NCBI RefSeq assembly: GCF_009914755.1
Contig: NC_060936.1
Source of the DNA: the human T2T-CHM13v2.0 reference genome, Homo sapiens
DNA: 64,000 nucleotides
Strand: one strand, 5' to 3'
In this document: positions 34,605-51,239 of the stretch, piece by piece
Numbering within the stretch: position 1 is the first letter of the stretch
Layout: the number at the start of each line of letters is the position of its first letter
Program-made: the position numbers and the translations under genes
The notes under the pieces: model-generated
Told to the model about the DNA's origin: nothing
The model's database searches: none
What the model saw: only the letters and a program-made list of their open reading frames with translations

Positions 34605-34864
34605 AGCTGGCTTGATTTTCAGATCAACTGTCAGGGTATCACAGTACTTGTGTTCAGGAACCCCTATTTTACTTAAAATACTAATAATAACTTAATTATT
34701 GGTTATTGTTGGTTTCTCTCTGTGCCTAATTTATAAATTAAGCTTTATCGTAGGTATGTTTGTATAGGAGATAACCCAGTATATGTATGGTTTGATACTA
34801 TCTGAGGTTTGGGGCATCCACTGGGGGTCTTAGAACTATCCCCATGGATAAGGGGGGACTACTG
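34605..34864 (+). mobile_element. MER44/Tigger7 DNA transposon, right part
   Basis: Terminus ccactgggggtcttagaactatccccatggataaggggggactactg. Confidence 0.8.
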
Positions 34865-35307
34865 AACCTCCTTTTCATGCTCTACTCTTTGGAAAGAAGT
34901 CATTAATCACAGCCCACACTTAAGCGGGGAGCAGTTACACTCTACCTCATTCTGGGGGAGCACTTATATAAATTGTTTGGAATTCTTCCATGTGACAGTT
35001 GTCTATCCTCTCTCACTGATTTACTCAATCATTTATTTATAGCACTATAGGTTTATGGGTATTTATTTTGTGCTTTGTACTATATTCCAATACATACATT
35101 TAGTTATTTACTTCATTGCTCAACTTTTTCCAATCTGGCCATTGGCAGCACTTTTAATTGACACCTTGTGTTTTTTCATTTTTGTTTGCTTCTCTGTTAT
35201 TTAAAAAACTTCCTTACTTTCTGACATGGCAAGATGCTCCAGGATCATCTTTTATGTCTCCTGCCCTAGTCCTAAAATCAACAATTTCTCCAAGAGCCAC
35301 TTGCTCC

Positions 35308-35736
35308 TAGTCAGGGTTCTTCAGATAAACTGAACCAATAGGAGATAAATATATAAAGAGATTTATTTTAAGGAATTCACTCATATAACTACGGAAAATG
35401 GCAAATCCAAAATCTGCAAAGCTGATGTGTCAGTTTGACTTTGAAGGCTGGAAGCTGCTGTAGAACCAGAGGGAGCTAATGTCCCAGTTTGAAGGCCATA
35501 AGGCAGGAGAGTTCTCTCCTACCAGAGGGAGGGTCAGTCAGGCTTTTGTTCTATTCAGGCCTTCAGCTGATTGAATAAGACCTACCCACAATAGGGAGGG
35601 CAATCTGCTTTACTCAGTCTATGGATTCAAATCTTAATCTCATCCAAAACATCCTCACAGAAATACTTAGAATAGTGTTCACCAAATATATGGGCACCTG
35701 TAGCCCAGTTAAGTTGACACATAAAATTAACCATCA
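35308..35736 (-). mobile_element. MLT2 (ERVL) LTR
   Basis: Ends tagtcagggttct... and ...aagttgacacataaaattaaccatca. Confidence 0.8.
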
Positions 35737-36142
35737 TGGTAACAGTGGGTAAGAGTGGGTAATAGCATTAGCAACCAAGATCTAGGTACAAGATGTGCTC
35801 ACTGCTGCTGGTGTGTCACTGCTTCTGGGCCCTGTTAGGTGACAATAAATACATTTATATGTATTATTATATGTAACAATTTGTATCTATCTATTCAAGT
35901 CTCCAACTTGAATTCATTACCACATGGATCATTCTAGCATCTTCTCTTGCTTATCTACAACCTCACATAACAACAGCAAAAACCCTGGCTGCGACTATCT
36001 GCTATCCATTTACTTAATTGTTTTGTTCCTCAGTATGTATTGTGATGGGACCATATAACATGAATGGAACACATAACATCCATGGAAGTTGCCACATAAA
36101 ATTAATCATCAGAACATATGTTGTGGAATAGAATTAAAATTA

Positions 36143-37079
36143 GAGGGAAGATGGATTGGAGACAGGGCTGACTTGCAGCTCCCACTTTGAAGAACAGAAC
36201 ATCATATGGAGACTCACACTGTGAACTTTTGCTCCAGGAACCACTGCAGAAGCATACCATGAAAACAGAAAGAAATCACAGATTTTTTGAAAAGAGAAGA
36301 AGGCCATTGCAAATTCCACAAGACAGATGAAGAACTCCAGTCACAAAAGACATAAACCGTTGAGAGCTTTATGACCCCAGCCATCACCTGAGAAACCTGA
36401 ATACTTATCCTGGCCAACTTAGGGCAAGCTTATATTCCCCTTCTACTATCGCAGCTGGTGCTCTCTCAAAAGTGCCACCTCCTGGCTGGAGGCCAACCAA
36501 CTCAGGACAGTACAGCAACTCAGGACAGAACAACCCTGCTCCAAAGAAGGAGAAAAAAACGGCTCATTCCACTGCCTGCAACATTCTGGTCTGTCGATGT
36601 GACAACTTCACTGCTAGCATAACCAGAATTTGAGAAAACCAGCACACTAAACATATCAACAACGAAAGACTCTCACAGAGTCTACTTCACACCCCTGCCA
36701 CCTCCACCAGTCATAAAAAGAAATCAAATAATGGCATTCATAGCAGCCTGGCTAAAGTTGGAGACCATTATCCTAAGTGAAGTAACTCAGGAATGGAAAA
36801 CCAGACATTGCGTGTTCTCACTTGTAAGCGGGAGCTAAGCTATGAGGACTCAAAGGCATACAAATGATATAATGAAGTCTGGGGACTTGGGGAGAAGGGT
36901 AGAAGTGGGGTGAGGGATAAAAGACTACACACTGGGTACATTGTACACTGCTTGGGTGATGAGTGCACCAGAGTCTCAGAAATCACCACTAAAGAACATT
37001 TCCATGCAACCAAACACCACCTGTTCCCCCAAAACTATTGAATTTTTTAAAAACACATCTTGCAGAATAGAAAAAAAAA
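36143..37079 (+). mobile_element. L1PB-like element: 5'UTR fused directly to ORF2 end/3'UTR, with A tail
   Basis: 5'UTR-like 36143-36710; 3' end 36711-37079 (gagaccattatcctaagtgaagtaactcaggaatggaaaacc...aaaactattgaa). Confidence 0.72.
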
Positions 37080-37099
37080 TTTAAATTATGGTGGAATAT

Positions 37100-37660
37100 T
37101 TTTGTGGGAGTTCCCAGATATCTGGTAAAACATTTTTCAGGGTGAGGGTGTGTCTGTGAGTATGTTTCTGGATGAGATTAATATTTGAGTATATATACTG
37201 AGTAAAGCAAATTGCCTTACTTATGTGAGTGGGCCTCATTAAATTAGTTAAAGGGAAGAATAGAACAAACAGGTTAGTAAGAGAGAATTCCTTTTGCCTA
37301 ATAGCATTTGAGCTGGGTTTTTTCTGCCTTTAGACTCAAACTAGAACATTTGCTTTCTTGGGTCTCCTGCTGGTCCACTGCAGATCTTGGGACTTGTCAG
37401 CCACCTAAACCACATCAACCAATTCTTTATAATCTCTCTCTCTCTCTAAATACATAGGTAAGTAGATTGATAGATGCAGATAGATAGATAGGTACAGATA
37501 TATATATATATTTGTGTGTGTGTGTATATATATATGAGTGTGTATATATGTGTGTGTGTGTATATATATGTGTGTGTGTATATATATATGTGTGTGTGTA
37601 TATATATATATATATATACCCTATAGTTTCCATTACTCTGGAGAACACTGACTAAAGCAC
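37100..37660 (+). mobile_element. MLT2 LTR containing a (TA/TG)n microsatellite at ~37495-37617
   Basis: cccagatatctggtaaaacatt...ctggagaacactgactaa. Confidence 0.78.
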
Positions 37661-38019
37661 AGGCATAGTGGTTTCAGAATTGTTAGTCATGCCACCATGG
37701 GAAGCAGCCTTATCAACTCAAGTACAATACTGACATACAGTTCTCACAAGTTTCTTTGCCTTTAGTCTCATAGACTCCACTCACTTGCAGAGTTCCTGAT
37801 GTCAGCCTTTTTTCTTCCCATCCACTTCAGGGAGGTGATTTCACACATTTGTAATATAGTTAGATCCTTTTGCCACATTGTACATTCCATTCTAAGATCT
37901 TTCAATCTCATAAATCATTTTCTTTAATTTCAAACATTAAGGTTTACTCCACAGTATAAAATTCTATGAGCTTTCCCTAATAAAAATTCCACAGTATAAA
38001 GTTCTATGAGTTTTCCACC

Positions 38020-40140
38020 ATAAAAAAATCCCAGCAAAGTACTTTGTGGATATCAACAAACTGATTCTAAAGTTTTTATGGCGAGGCAAAAGACCCAGAA
38101 TAGCTAACACAATATTGAAGGAGAACAAAGTCAGAGGACTGCAAGCATCCTACTTTAAGACTTACTATGAAACTACAGTAACAAAGACACGGTGGTATTG
38201 GTGAAAGAATAGACAAATAGATCAAGGAACAAAACAGAGAGCCCAGAATTTGATCTACATAAATATAATCAACTGATCTTTGTCAAGGAAGCAAAGGCAA
38301 TACAAAGTCAGCGTTTTCAACAATTGGTGCTGGAATAACTAGGTATCTACATGTAGAAAAACAAATTTAGATACGGGTCTTATATTCACCACAAAAATTA
38401 ACTTAGAATGGATCATAACTCTAAATGTAAAATGCAAAACTGTAAAGCTCCTAGAAGATAACATAGGAGAAAGCCTTGATAACCTTAGGTATGACAATGA
38501 CATTTTAGATACAATGCCAAAGTCAGGAACCATGAAAGATATAATTGATAACATGGACTTCATTAAAATTATTAATAAAACTTCTGCTCTGCAAAACACA
38601 CTACCAAGAGAGTGAGAATTCAAGCCACAGACTGGAAGAAAATATTGGTAAAAGACATATTCAATAAGGACTATTATCCAAACTGCACAAAGAACTCTTA
38701 AAATTAACAGTAAGTAATAACTTGATTATAAAATGGGCCAAAGTCTTTAACAGACACATCACCAGTGCAGATATAAAAAATAGATGAGCATAGATCAGAG
38801 CAATGCAAATTAGCACAATAAGATATCACTACATGCCTATTAGAATGGCTAAATCCAGAACACTGACCATACCAAATGCTGGCAAGGATGTGGAGCAACA
38901 GGAACTCTCATTCTTTGTAATGCAAAATGGTATGGCTACTTTGGAATAGTGTCTGGCAGCTTCTTACAAAACTAAACATACTCTTACCATACAATTCAGC
39001 AACTGCATGCCTTGGTGTTTACCCAAATGAGTTAAAAACTTATGTCCATCCAAAATCCTGCACACAGATATTTATAGCAGCTTTATTCCTGATTTCCCAA
39101 ACTAGGAAGCAACCAACAAATCTTTCCGTAGTTGAATGGTAAGTCAACTGTGGCCCATCAAGGCAATGAAATATTATTCAACACTAAAATGAAATGAGCT
39201 ATCAAGCCATGAAAATACATGGAGGAAACTTAAATGCATATTACTAGGTGAAAGAAGCCAACCTGAAAAGGCTACATACTGTAGCCAACTATATGACATG
39301 CTGGAAAAGGGAAAAAACTATGAAGACAGTAAAAAGATCATTGGCTGCCAAGGCTTAGTTGGGAAAGATAAATAGGTGGAGCACAGAAGATTTTTAGGGC
39401 AGTGAAATGAATCTGTATGATACTATAGTGGTAGATACATGTTATCCATTTTTCATAACCATAGAATGTACAACTGCAAGAGTTACCCTTACTGTAAGCT
39501 TGGACTTTGGGTAATAATGACACATCAATGTAGATTTGATTGTAACAAATGTACCACTCTGGTGGGGGCTGTTGATAGTGAGTGAGGCTATGAATTTGTG
39601 TGGGCAGTGGGTATATGGTAAGTTTTTGTACCTCTGGACAATTTTACTGTGAACCTAAAACAGCTCTAAAAAATAAAGACGATATAGATAAACTTGGCAG
39701 ACATTATGCTAAGTGAAATAAGCCAGACACAGGAAGACAAATACTGCACAGTCTCACTTATTCGTGTTATGTAGAAGAGAGGAACTTATGGAAGTTTAGA
39801 GTAGAATGATGGTTATCAGAGACTGGGAGAGGGGGTGGAGATGGGACAGAATGGGAAATGCTGGTCAAAGAGCACAATTTCAGTTAGATGAGAGGAATAA
39901 GTTTTGAGATCTACTGTGCAGCAGGGTGACAATCATCAATAATAATATATTGCATATTTCAAAATAGCTAAGAAAGTAAATTTCAAATGTCTCACCACAG
40001 AAAATGATAAAGCAGGGTGATAGATATATTAAGTAGCTTGATTTAATCATTTCATATTTTGTACATATATAAAAACATCATATTGTACCTCATAAATTTA
40101 TGCAGTTTTGTTTTTGTCAATTTAAAATATTAATTTTTAA
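38020..40140 (+). mobile_element. Old L1M ORF2 end/3'UTR (38020-39680) followed by an L1MA-type 3' end (39690-40140)
   Basis: Degenerate ORF2 C-terminal motifs and L1M 3'UTR. Confidence 0.8.
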
Positions 40141-40149
40141 AATCCCCCC

Positions 40150-41560
40150 AAAATTCTATGGATTTTGACAAATGCATAATGTGACCTCACCACTGCAATT
40201 GTTTCACTTATCACCTTGCAAAGATCCTTTGCCTTTTCATATCAACTTTATCCAGTTTATTGATATTTAAACAATATCTTGCTGGGATTTTAATTGCAAT
40301 TGTGTTGAATCTATGTATCAATTTAGAGAAAATTGACAGCTTAATAATTTTGAGTCTGCCAATCTACAAATCTGGAATATCTCTTCATTTATTTACATCT
40401 TTGATTTATTTCATCATTATTTAGTAGTTTTCCACCTATGGAGTCTCTTTATATTTTGTTAGATTTATGCCTAAGCATTTAATCCTTTTGGTGTTATTGT
40501 GAATGGTATTGATTTTTAATTTCAAATTTCAGTTCCTCATTGCTGGTATATAAGAAAGTACTTACTTTTGTCTAGTAACCTCGTGCCGGCAACTTTGCTC
40601 TCTCTGCTTGTTGCTGCCAGGAAAGTTTTGGTAGAGTCTTTGAAATTTTCTACATTGACTAAATGTCATATGAGGATAAAGAGAGTTTTTTTATTTCTAA
40701 TATATATTACTTTTATTGCTTATTCTCATCTTACTGCTGCAGTTAAACTTCTAGTACAATGCGAGTAACAGTGGAGAGAGGGGACATATCTGCCTTGCTC
40801 TCGAACTATGTGAAAACGGCCTAGTCTCTCACTGTTAAGTATGATGTTAACTATGGGATTTTTTATTTTTCAGATGTTCTTTACCAAGTTGAGGAAGTTG
40901 CCGTCCATTTCTTGTTTGCTGACAAGCTTGTTTTCTTTGAAACATGAATTGGTGTTGGGTTATATAATAAACTTTTTCTGCATCAACTGATATAATTATA
41001 TGATTTTTCTTTTTTAGTCTTCTGATATGGTAGATTTTATTGATGGCTTTTGAATGTTACACTAGCCTTGCATATATAGGATAAATCCTGCTTAGTTATG
41101 GTGTATAACTTTGAAGTACTTGGTAGGATTAAATTTGGTAATATTTGGTTGAGCGATTTTGCATCTATGTTTATAAGAGGTATTGGTCTATAGTTTTCTT
41201 TTCTCAAAATGTCTTTGTCTGGTTTCGGTGTTAGAGTAATATCGACCTCCATAGAATGAGTTATAAGCGTTCTCTCTGCATCTGTTTCCCAGAAGACATT
41301 GTAGACAATTGGTATCATTTCATTTCTAAATGTTAATAGAATTAACCAATAAAAATATCTGGGCTTGGTGCTTTCTTTTAGAGAGGCTATAAATTATTGA
41401 TTCAATTTATTTAATAGGTGTGTGACTATTCCAATTATCTGTTTCTCCCTGTGTGTATTTTTTGGTAACCTGTGTCTTTCAAGGATTTGGTGCATTTCAT
41501 TGAAGTTTCAAGTTTGTTCATTTGTAGTTTTCCTTTATTATACTTTGAATGTCCATATAC
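40150..41560 (-). mobile_element. Old L1M ORF2 fragment
   Basis: Remnant PKPDKD..KENYRPIPLINIDAK at 41037-41318. Confidence 0.8.
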
Positions 41561-42218
41561 TATAAGATTTTTATTTTTTATATAGATACACATACATGCA
41601 CATTGTTTTTAACCTCCTTTTGGTATGTTTCTACATCCTAGATAATTTACCTTGTCAGTTATTTTCCTTTTCATTATGCCTCATGAGTATATAACTGTAT
41701 GCATGGTCAGTGGGCTTAGGTCTGTTATCACATGCGTGCTGTTGGGGAGGTCTGGAGTGCAGTGAGGAGATGTCAATGTCAGAAGCTGCCCGTGTTGCTG
41801 AGGAAAAGCCTAGGGGTGAACACAGTGGGAATCTGACACAGCAGGATCGTGAAACACCCTCTGTGAATTTGCCAGCCAAATAATAAAATGTCTCTAGTGA
41901 TGTGGGAGCCAGAATGTTAGGGGGATAATTGTCACTCCTGAGGAAAACAGGAACTGAGGTGGCCCAAAGGCAACACTATTTCACTGACCATCCACTTATA
42001 TCCTGAGACTTTCCTTAGCCATTCAGAGATGCCAGCCCAGTTCACAGACAGGCCAGTTCACTCCTGAGGGAGGAATATAACTGTCTCTTCCGGTAAACAG
42101 ACTCGGTTTTGTGGGATCTCTGAGAGGCTTAGAGTGTGAAAGGGAGGGAATTTCCATGCTTGTTTTGCTTTTGCATTTCAAGGAATAAGCATGAGAGTTT
42201 TGTGCCTGGCTGTTTGGA

Positions 42219-42518
42219 TTTTTATTTTTTATTTTTCGAGATGGAGTCTTGCTCTGTTGCCCAGGCTGGAGTGCAGTAGTGTGATCTCAGCTCACTGCAA
42301 CCTCCCTCCTGCTCCTGGGTTCAAGTGATTCTCCTGCCTCAGCCTTCCGAGTAGCCGGGATTGGCGCCCACCGCATGTTCAACTAATTTTTATATTTTTA
42401 GTAGAGATGGGGTTTCGCCATGTTGGCCAGGCTGGTCTCGAACTCCTGACCTCAGGTGATCTACCCACCTCAGCCTCCCAAAGTGCCGGGATTACAGATG
42501 TGAGCCACCACCCCCAGC
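42219..42518 (-). mobile_element. Alu (AluS-like)
   Basis: TSD gctgtttggat; absent at the paralogous site near 61140. Confidence 0.9.
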
Positions 42519-43130
42519 TGTTTGGATATTTAATTGTATCAGCTTTAATGTCCCATTTCCCCGTTGTGAAGATTACTGTGGTGCATATCCATGTGTGTAC
42601 AGCTTTCTGCATTTGCACGGTCTCCTCAGGATACATTTCCAGAGGTGTAAGTCCAATTCTAAGTAGGCACATATTGATTGCTGTTGATACACCTTGTCAA
42701 ATAATTTTCTTAGTCATGAGGCAATTCTAAGTATAAATAAAGTATCTTATTTTCTTCCCAAATGACTTTTACTCTATTTGGCCAAAAATGTTTCTCCACT
42801 GGGCATTTAGGCCAAGCACCGGTGTATAAGGAGGAGTAGTCTTAGAGACCAAGTCTGAGGGACTGGGCTGCCAGTTCCTGCATACAGTAAAACCAGAGTG
42901 GACAATCATGGTGGACCAGGTGCCTCCCGCTCCACTTGCCAAACATTTAGGAGGAATCTAATCTGAGAAGAGACCTGAATATCAGGATGCCATAGTGCTG
43001 TTAATCGAACCTCTCTAAAGGAGAAGGTTTAAGCACATGGGGATATGGATTATCAGTTAAAAATAAAAAGGCGTTTGTCAACTGAAAAAGCTGAAGAAAT
43101 ATTGGTACCATGCATTATTCTAAAACCTGC

Positions 43131-43136
43131 TTTATT
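43131..43136 (-). terminator. KRT6C polyadenylation signal AATAAA
   Basis: ~525 nt after the stop; same context as KRT6A (aaataaagcag). Confidence 0.8.
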
Positions 43137-43660
43137 TAGAAATTACAAAGAGCAAAGAGCAGAGAAATCATCACAGGGAGAAAGACTGTGTACATCATAC
43201 GACTAGTCACTTGTGCTTCCATGCATACTGCGGGGCGGGGGTTCACAATACTTTTAACTTAGGGAGTTTGGGGGCCAATGGAAAATAAGTGGAAGTTGTT
43301 CTGAAATAAGCCCCAGGCGATTTTCAGTAATGAAAAGGAACAGAGATCATTTTCTTATAATGCTCAGCCTCAGAGAGAACAATTTTGGAGGCAAGAAATT
43401 AATAATTTAGTAACAAAGTGAAGCTCCATTGGTGAATACATTATGATGTAAAATCAAAGGTTGATCTGATGGTGAGCAATGGGTGCTCAGATGGGGCAGG
43501 TATAGACAGAGAGAAGTGAGGGCACTAAGCATCCATACCCAGCTCTACCTCGGAGAGCAGGGAAGACTAGAGGCCAGGAGAGGATAGGCAACCTGAGGAG
43601 ACGGCTCTGCAGCCAGAGAAGGGCCTGAGGACTGTGGGACCGAGAGCTGGAGGCAGCACT

Positions 43661-43939
<279 letters not shown>

Positions 43940-44009
43940 TCATCCTGCCGGCCTGAGCCCAGTCAGAAGAGTGCGAGGGCAGGGGAGGAAGGCAAGCAAA
44001 GGTACTTAC

Positions 44010-44044
44010 AGACGTTGACTTGTCCAACGCCTTCGCCATTCAGC
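44010..44044 (-). CDS. KRT6C: Keratin 6C exon 8 (35 bp)
   Basis: LNGEGVGQVNV. Confidence 0.95.
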
Positions 44045-44267
44045 CTGTGGAGAGGAACACAGGGAGGGTGAGACCTCAGAGAGCTCTTCCTTCCCTGGAC
44101 CAGTGTGGGCAGCCTCGGTGGGTGGAAGAGTCCATGGGAAACTGCTCTTTTAGTTTTCTCTCAAGAAGAGCAATTACGGCCATGAGCAGTGCACCCTAGA
44201 ATTGTGCTCAGTGCCAGGAACCTTGAAGATGGACTCAGCTGTTGGAGGAAGTCGCGTCAGTTACCTA

Positions 44268-44489
<222 letters not shown>

Positions 44490-45097
44490 CTAGGAGGGGA
44501 AAGGAAGAGAAGGAACTTCTTGTCTGCTCCTCCGGAGGAGGCTGGCCCTTGTTTAGTGAACCAGGGTCCTGTAACCCAAAATTGACAGAGAATGAGCTTT
44601 GACTCTTCCTGTCCAGTATTTCTCCATTTGGCAATATTTGTCTAGTCTGGGAGTCAAGTGACAAAGTCCTATGCCCCTTGTATTAAGCACCCGCATGAGA
44701 ATGTGCGTTGCATCTTATGGGAGACACTACAATGGACCCAAAAACAAGCCATATGGAAGATGAATGCTCGGTTTGTACTGAGTGCTGTTTTCAAAACTAC
44801 AAGAATGATTTTGAGGAATACATCTGGATGCCACATTAAAATATACAAAATTATGACCATCTGTAGGGGAGGTGGTAACTTTTTACCTGACTGTTGAGAC
44901 CTGGCCTTGCTTGTGCCTCAGAGGCTCATCCTCTTGGGTGGGATTCACTTCTCTATTGAGTTCTCACTGAGGGCAAGAACTACACATGTTCCTCACCCTA
45001 GTGTTGGTTTACGTTTCAGGAATTATATCAAATAATGGCTAATGACTGCCTGATGGGTCTAGCAAAAAATGATGCTTCTTTCCTCCACTGCACCTCA

Positions 45098-45271
<174 letters not shown>

Positions 45272-45598
45272 TTACCTGGGAGCGATGACTTTCACTTGTG
45301 TATCATGCATGTCATGAAGTGGACCTAATGGCTTCTCCTCAAGAAACTTGAGGAAAAGTTGATGTTATGTGGTGGGTGGATACTAAACTCTGGAGTCACA
45401 GACGATCCTCATTATGGCACCACTGCCTGCCTAGTTTCTTTAGGGAGTAGAAATATTCTGTACCAATTTCTAAAAGTCAGCAATCAGGGTGAAGATAAAT
45501 GCAGAGATGACTATGTCCTTGTCTATGGCAGCTTTCCTCCTGCATTGGGTTCTTTTTCCTCCTTGACTTGCACATAAGTTCCCCAAATGTCTACTCTA

Positions 45599-46151
<553 letters not shown>

Positions 46152-46270
46152 TCACCTTTCCAATCTACCCATCTTCTAGTCCTCCTGCCAATTCTCTCCC
46201 AGGGGAGCGAGGACACAGAGCCACTTCTCTCCTTCTAAATGAATTTGAACCCCCGGCTTCATCTGCTCAC

Positions 46271-46331
46271 CTTCTTCAGAGTCACAAATTCATTCTCTGC
46301 TGCTGTGCGCTTGTTGATTTCATCCTCATAT
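46271..46331 (-). CDS. KRT6C: Keratin 6C exon 3 (61 bp)
   Basis: [20 protein letters not shown]. Confidence 0.96.
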
Positions 46332-46663
46332 CTACAGGAAGAAAGGCATAGGACACATATGAGCCAGTGGGTAGGATGAAACAGAAAAGCAGCTTGGGAT
46401 TCAACAATTTCCTGAATGGAATATATTCTAATTGAGCTTTCCTGCCACAGAGAGCCAAAGAGATGAGTTTTGCTACTACTAAATTTGCCACTTCTTTAAT
46501 CCCCCCATCCTCCCATAACCATCTGTGGTTCTTGCAGGTTTGCTCCTAGGGACTAATTTGTGCTTTTCATTTCCATGGACATGGGTTGTTAGGAATCCTA
46601 CACACATCTGGCCCTGGTCACCCAATAGTCTTGAAGTGTGTGCTGCAGGAAATGGAGTCCTCA

Positions 46664-46981
<318 letters not shown>

Positions 46982-47727
46982 CTACTACAGTGCATGTGGA
47001 GAGGCTCAGGCTGAGCTCTGCTCCCCCAACCCCTTCTCCTTTGCACCCCACCAGTCTCACTAGAGAAATTGTCCCATGGACCATTGAGGTGTTCTCACGC
47101 TGTAAGCTATTGATCATCAGTGAGTTTCAACATTTCTTCTCTTCTTTTTCCAGGCACAATCACAAATCTAGTTTAAAAATACTAATTACCTGATATATTG
47201 TACACAGTTTTTTTACTGATAGGATCTTAGTTAGGAGAGATATTATATGTTGACTCATGATTACATTTCAGTCTACTTTCCCATTTAGTGTCTCCTCTCA
47301 AATATTCTGATGTTATGGTCATTCTCTGTTTTTAAAATTAATTAGCATTTATCCATGTTTTACAGTTGTTTCTATGTCCCTTTTTTTCTTAATCCAGCCA
47401 GATTATCTTTTCCTTTTCTTTCTAAATCTTTTTCCTCTTACCCAGACCCCAGAGTGTAATTTACCAGCCCATATACTCCTGGCATTTGCTTTGTAATCTC
47501 TTAAACACTTCAGAGGGGAGAATTAACCTACTCCACTCTCTGATGGCCTCATCTGTGCTTCAGGGTTATGAAAAGTTACGGCTCTCCCTAGGCAGGAGTG
47601 AGGGCCACTCCAGAGATCCCATGGGGGAGTGATGCCCATCTGTGCTGCCTCCTGTGCACCGAGAGCCACCTGCACTCTCTGCAGAGCTGGGCTGAATCCC
47701 CTTCTCCCTCCCTCCTAGGTCTCCCTA

Positions 47728-48435
<708 letters not shown>

Positions 48436-49254
48436 TTATGAGAGAGCATGGGCTGGGCCCAGTCCTGGAAGGTGAGCTTGCAGGTTGGGAAGGGCTGGGC
48501 TTTACAAATAGTGAGATCACACCTGGATCAGAAAAGTTATGAAATGCTGAGATGGCATTTTTCACTTCCTTTAGTCAGGGAAAATGTTCCTGCCTCCAGC
48601 TTTGACTCGAGATTTCAGCACAGTAAGAGCATTCTCAGTTCATGAAGTTGAAGTTAGTCACTGTCTTCAGCAAAGGTTCTGCATGCTAGGCTGTTTATCA
48701 ACATGCTGTGAGTGCTTTCCTCTTTCCAGCCTGACTTTCTTCCAGCAGAGATGTTGGAGATCACAAGCACTGTATTGCAAATGCCTTAACAGAAATATTA
48801 ACATTTTTCCTGTAATTATTTTTCCTTCTGTGTGCAATTTCAAACATGTAGAGGAGCAGAACACAATGGGCCTGTATATACCTATTACCTGTTTCCATGA
48901 TGATTACCTTATGGCCAGTCTTATTTCTTGTATATTTCCACCCGGTTCCCTTATCAATGTTAAATTTTTTTAAATCCCAAAAATATTTGGGATTTAATTC
49001 AATATTAATTCAATATTAATCTTTAAATGATAGACCTTTTAGAAATATAACTGAAATATTATTTTGTATTTTAAAAATGTATGTATTTATTAAGTCTTCG
49101 CCCTCAAGGAGTTGACTCTAATAAAGATGACAACACAAAAGGAGATAGAAGACATCACATCCAGTGGCATCACTGAGCTAGAAAGAAAGTAATGCTTTAC
49201 TAGGAAGAAAAGAGCATAGAGAGGGGGTGTAGAGGGGACAGTGGGGAAGGGTAA

Positions 49255-49557
49255 TTTTTTTTCTTTTTTTTTTGAGATAGAGTCTCTCTCTGTCACCCAG
49301 GCTGGAGTCCAGTGGTGCGATCTAGGTTCACTGCAACCTCCGCCTCCCAGGTTCAAGAGATTCTCTCACCTCAGCCTCCTGAGTAGTTTGAGACTACAGG
49401 TGGCCACCATCAAGCACGGCTAATTTTTTGTATTTTTAGTAGAGATGGTGTTTCGCCATGTTGGCCAGGCTGGTCTCGAACTCCTGACCTCAGGTGATCC
49501 ACCTGGCTCAGCCTCCAAAAGTGCTGGGATTACAGGCATGAGCCACTGCTCCCAGCC
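49255..49557 (-). mobile_element. Alu (AluS-like)
   Basis: Full dimer with T-run tail. Confidence 0.93.
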
Positions 49558-49827
49558 AATTTGTGTATTTATTAACATCAATGTGTCTATTCAATTCTCC
49601 AATGTCCTTTTTCATTTATTTCCTTATTGTTTACAATTCTTTTGTTGATAAGACCAGGTTAATTGTCCTGAGTAGTGTTTCAGTCTTTGGGATTTCCTCA
49701 TTGCTTACTCACAGTGTTTCATTTAAGATGCTACTGTGTCCTCTATATTTCCTGCAAACTGATCATTAAAACTTGAAGCTTAATAAGACTCTCATATACT
49801 TAGACTTTCCAGATGTGGATGTAGTAG

Positions 49828-50160
<333 letters not shown>

Positions 50161-51239
50161 AAAAATTGAAAATTGTTATTTACACATTCATTTATATGTT
50201 TATAAATTGAATATGTAATAAATGTTTAAGGAGAAAATACTTACTAAAGCCATTCCCCAGCCATGCAAACTTTTTATGTGGAAGTAGGCACTGTTACCAG
50301 GTCCTTGTGTATCCTTCTAGTAACTTTACTTGGATATGTTTCTGAGCTTTTTCTGGGGAATATGTGAGATTTGTGTATTTGTGTGTGTGTGTGCATATGT
50401 ATGTGTATGAGAGAGAAGACAGAGGGTGAGAGAGGAGGGGGAGTTTTATATGTAAAGAGTAAGGCCCCTAGAAAGGTATTGTATAGGTGAATTATAGCTA
50501 AAGAGAGACAGAGAGAGGTTTGTCTGTGTGTTTTATATATTAAATTTGCATACATATATAAAATATTTTAAAATTATATATATATAAAACACATACACAT
50601 GTATTATCTTCCAATTAAGTTTGTGTTGTCTCTACTTTGCCTTCGAAATCTATTTTTTTCTCTTTATTCTCTTTTACCACTCTGATCCCTTTTTTTCTGT
50701 TTGATTTCTCCATCTTTTCCTATACGTCAATTACTGTGCCTTCAGCAATATCTTTCTTTCCTCTTTGTGCTGCTTTCAGTTGGTCTTCGTTTCGATTGTT
50801 CTTTATTGTCTCAATATATTGTCCCTTAGTTCTCTTAATTTATGGAGGTCATCATTTCACTGAAATTTTTTTGCTAACACTTTATTGTGCCTTTTTTCTG
50901 TTGAGTGTTAAGTGCCTTTTTTTTCCTCACTCCTTTCAGTTTTAAATGCATAGATCTTTTGTGGGTCCTGGAATGCTTCCTTTCCAACTGGTGCTCACTT
51001 TTAATGAGATGAGCATCCTCTGGGGCTGCCATTTACAGGAGGTATTCTGGGAGGAAGGACCCGGGGCATATTCAGGTGGGTTGGAATTCTCATTATGGTA
51101 CAAGGCTGTGTGAATAATTCTTTTAAACATCAATTCAAAAAAGCCAACAAAGATCACTGCAGAGTGGCTCACAAATCACAGGTTCTCTACTTTCTTTGCC
51201 TTACCAACAAAATGATGCCAATGGGCAACAAAATGCTAT

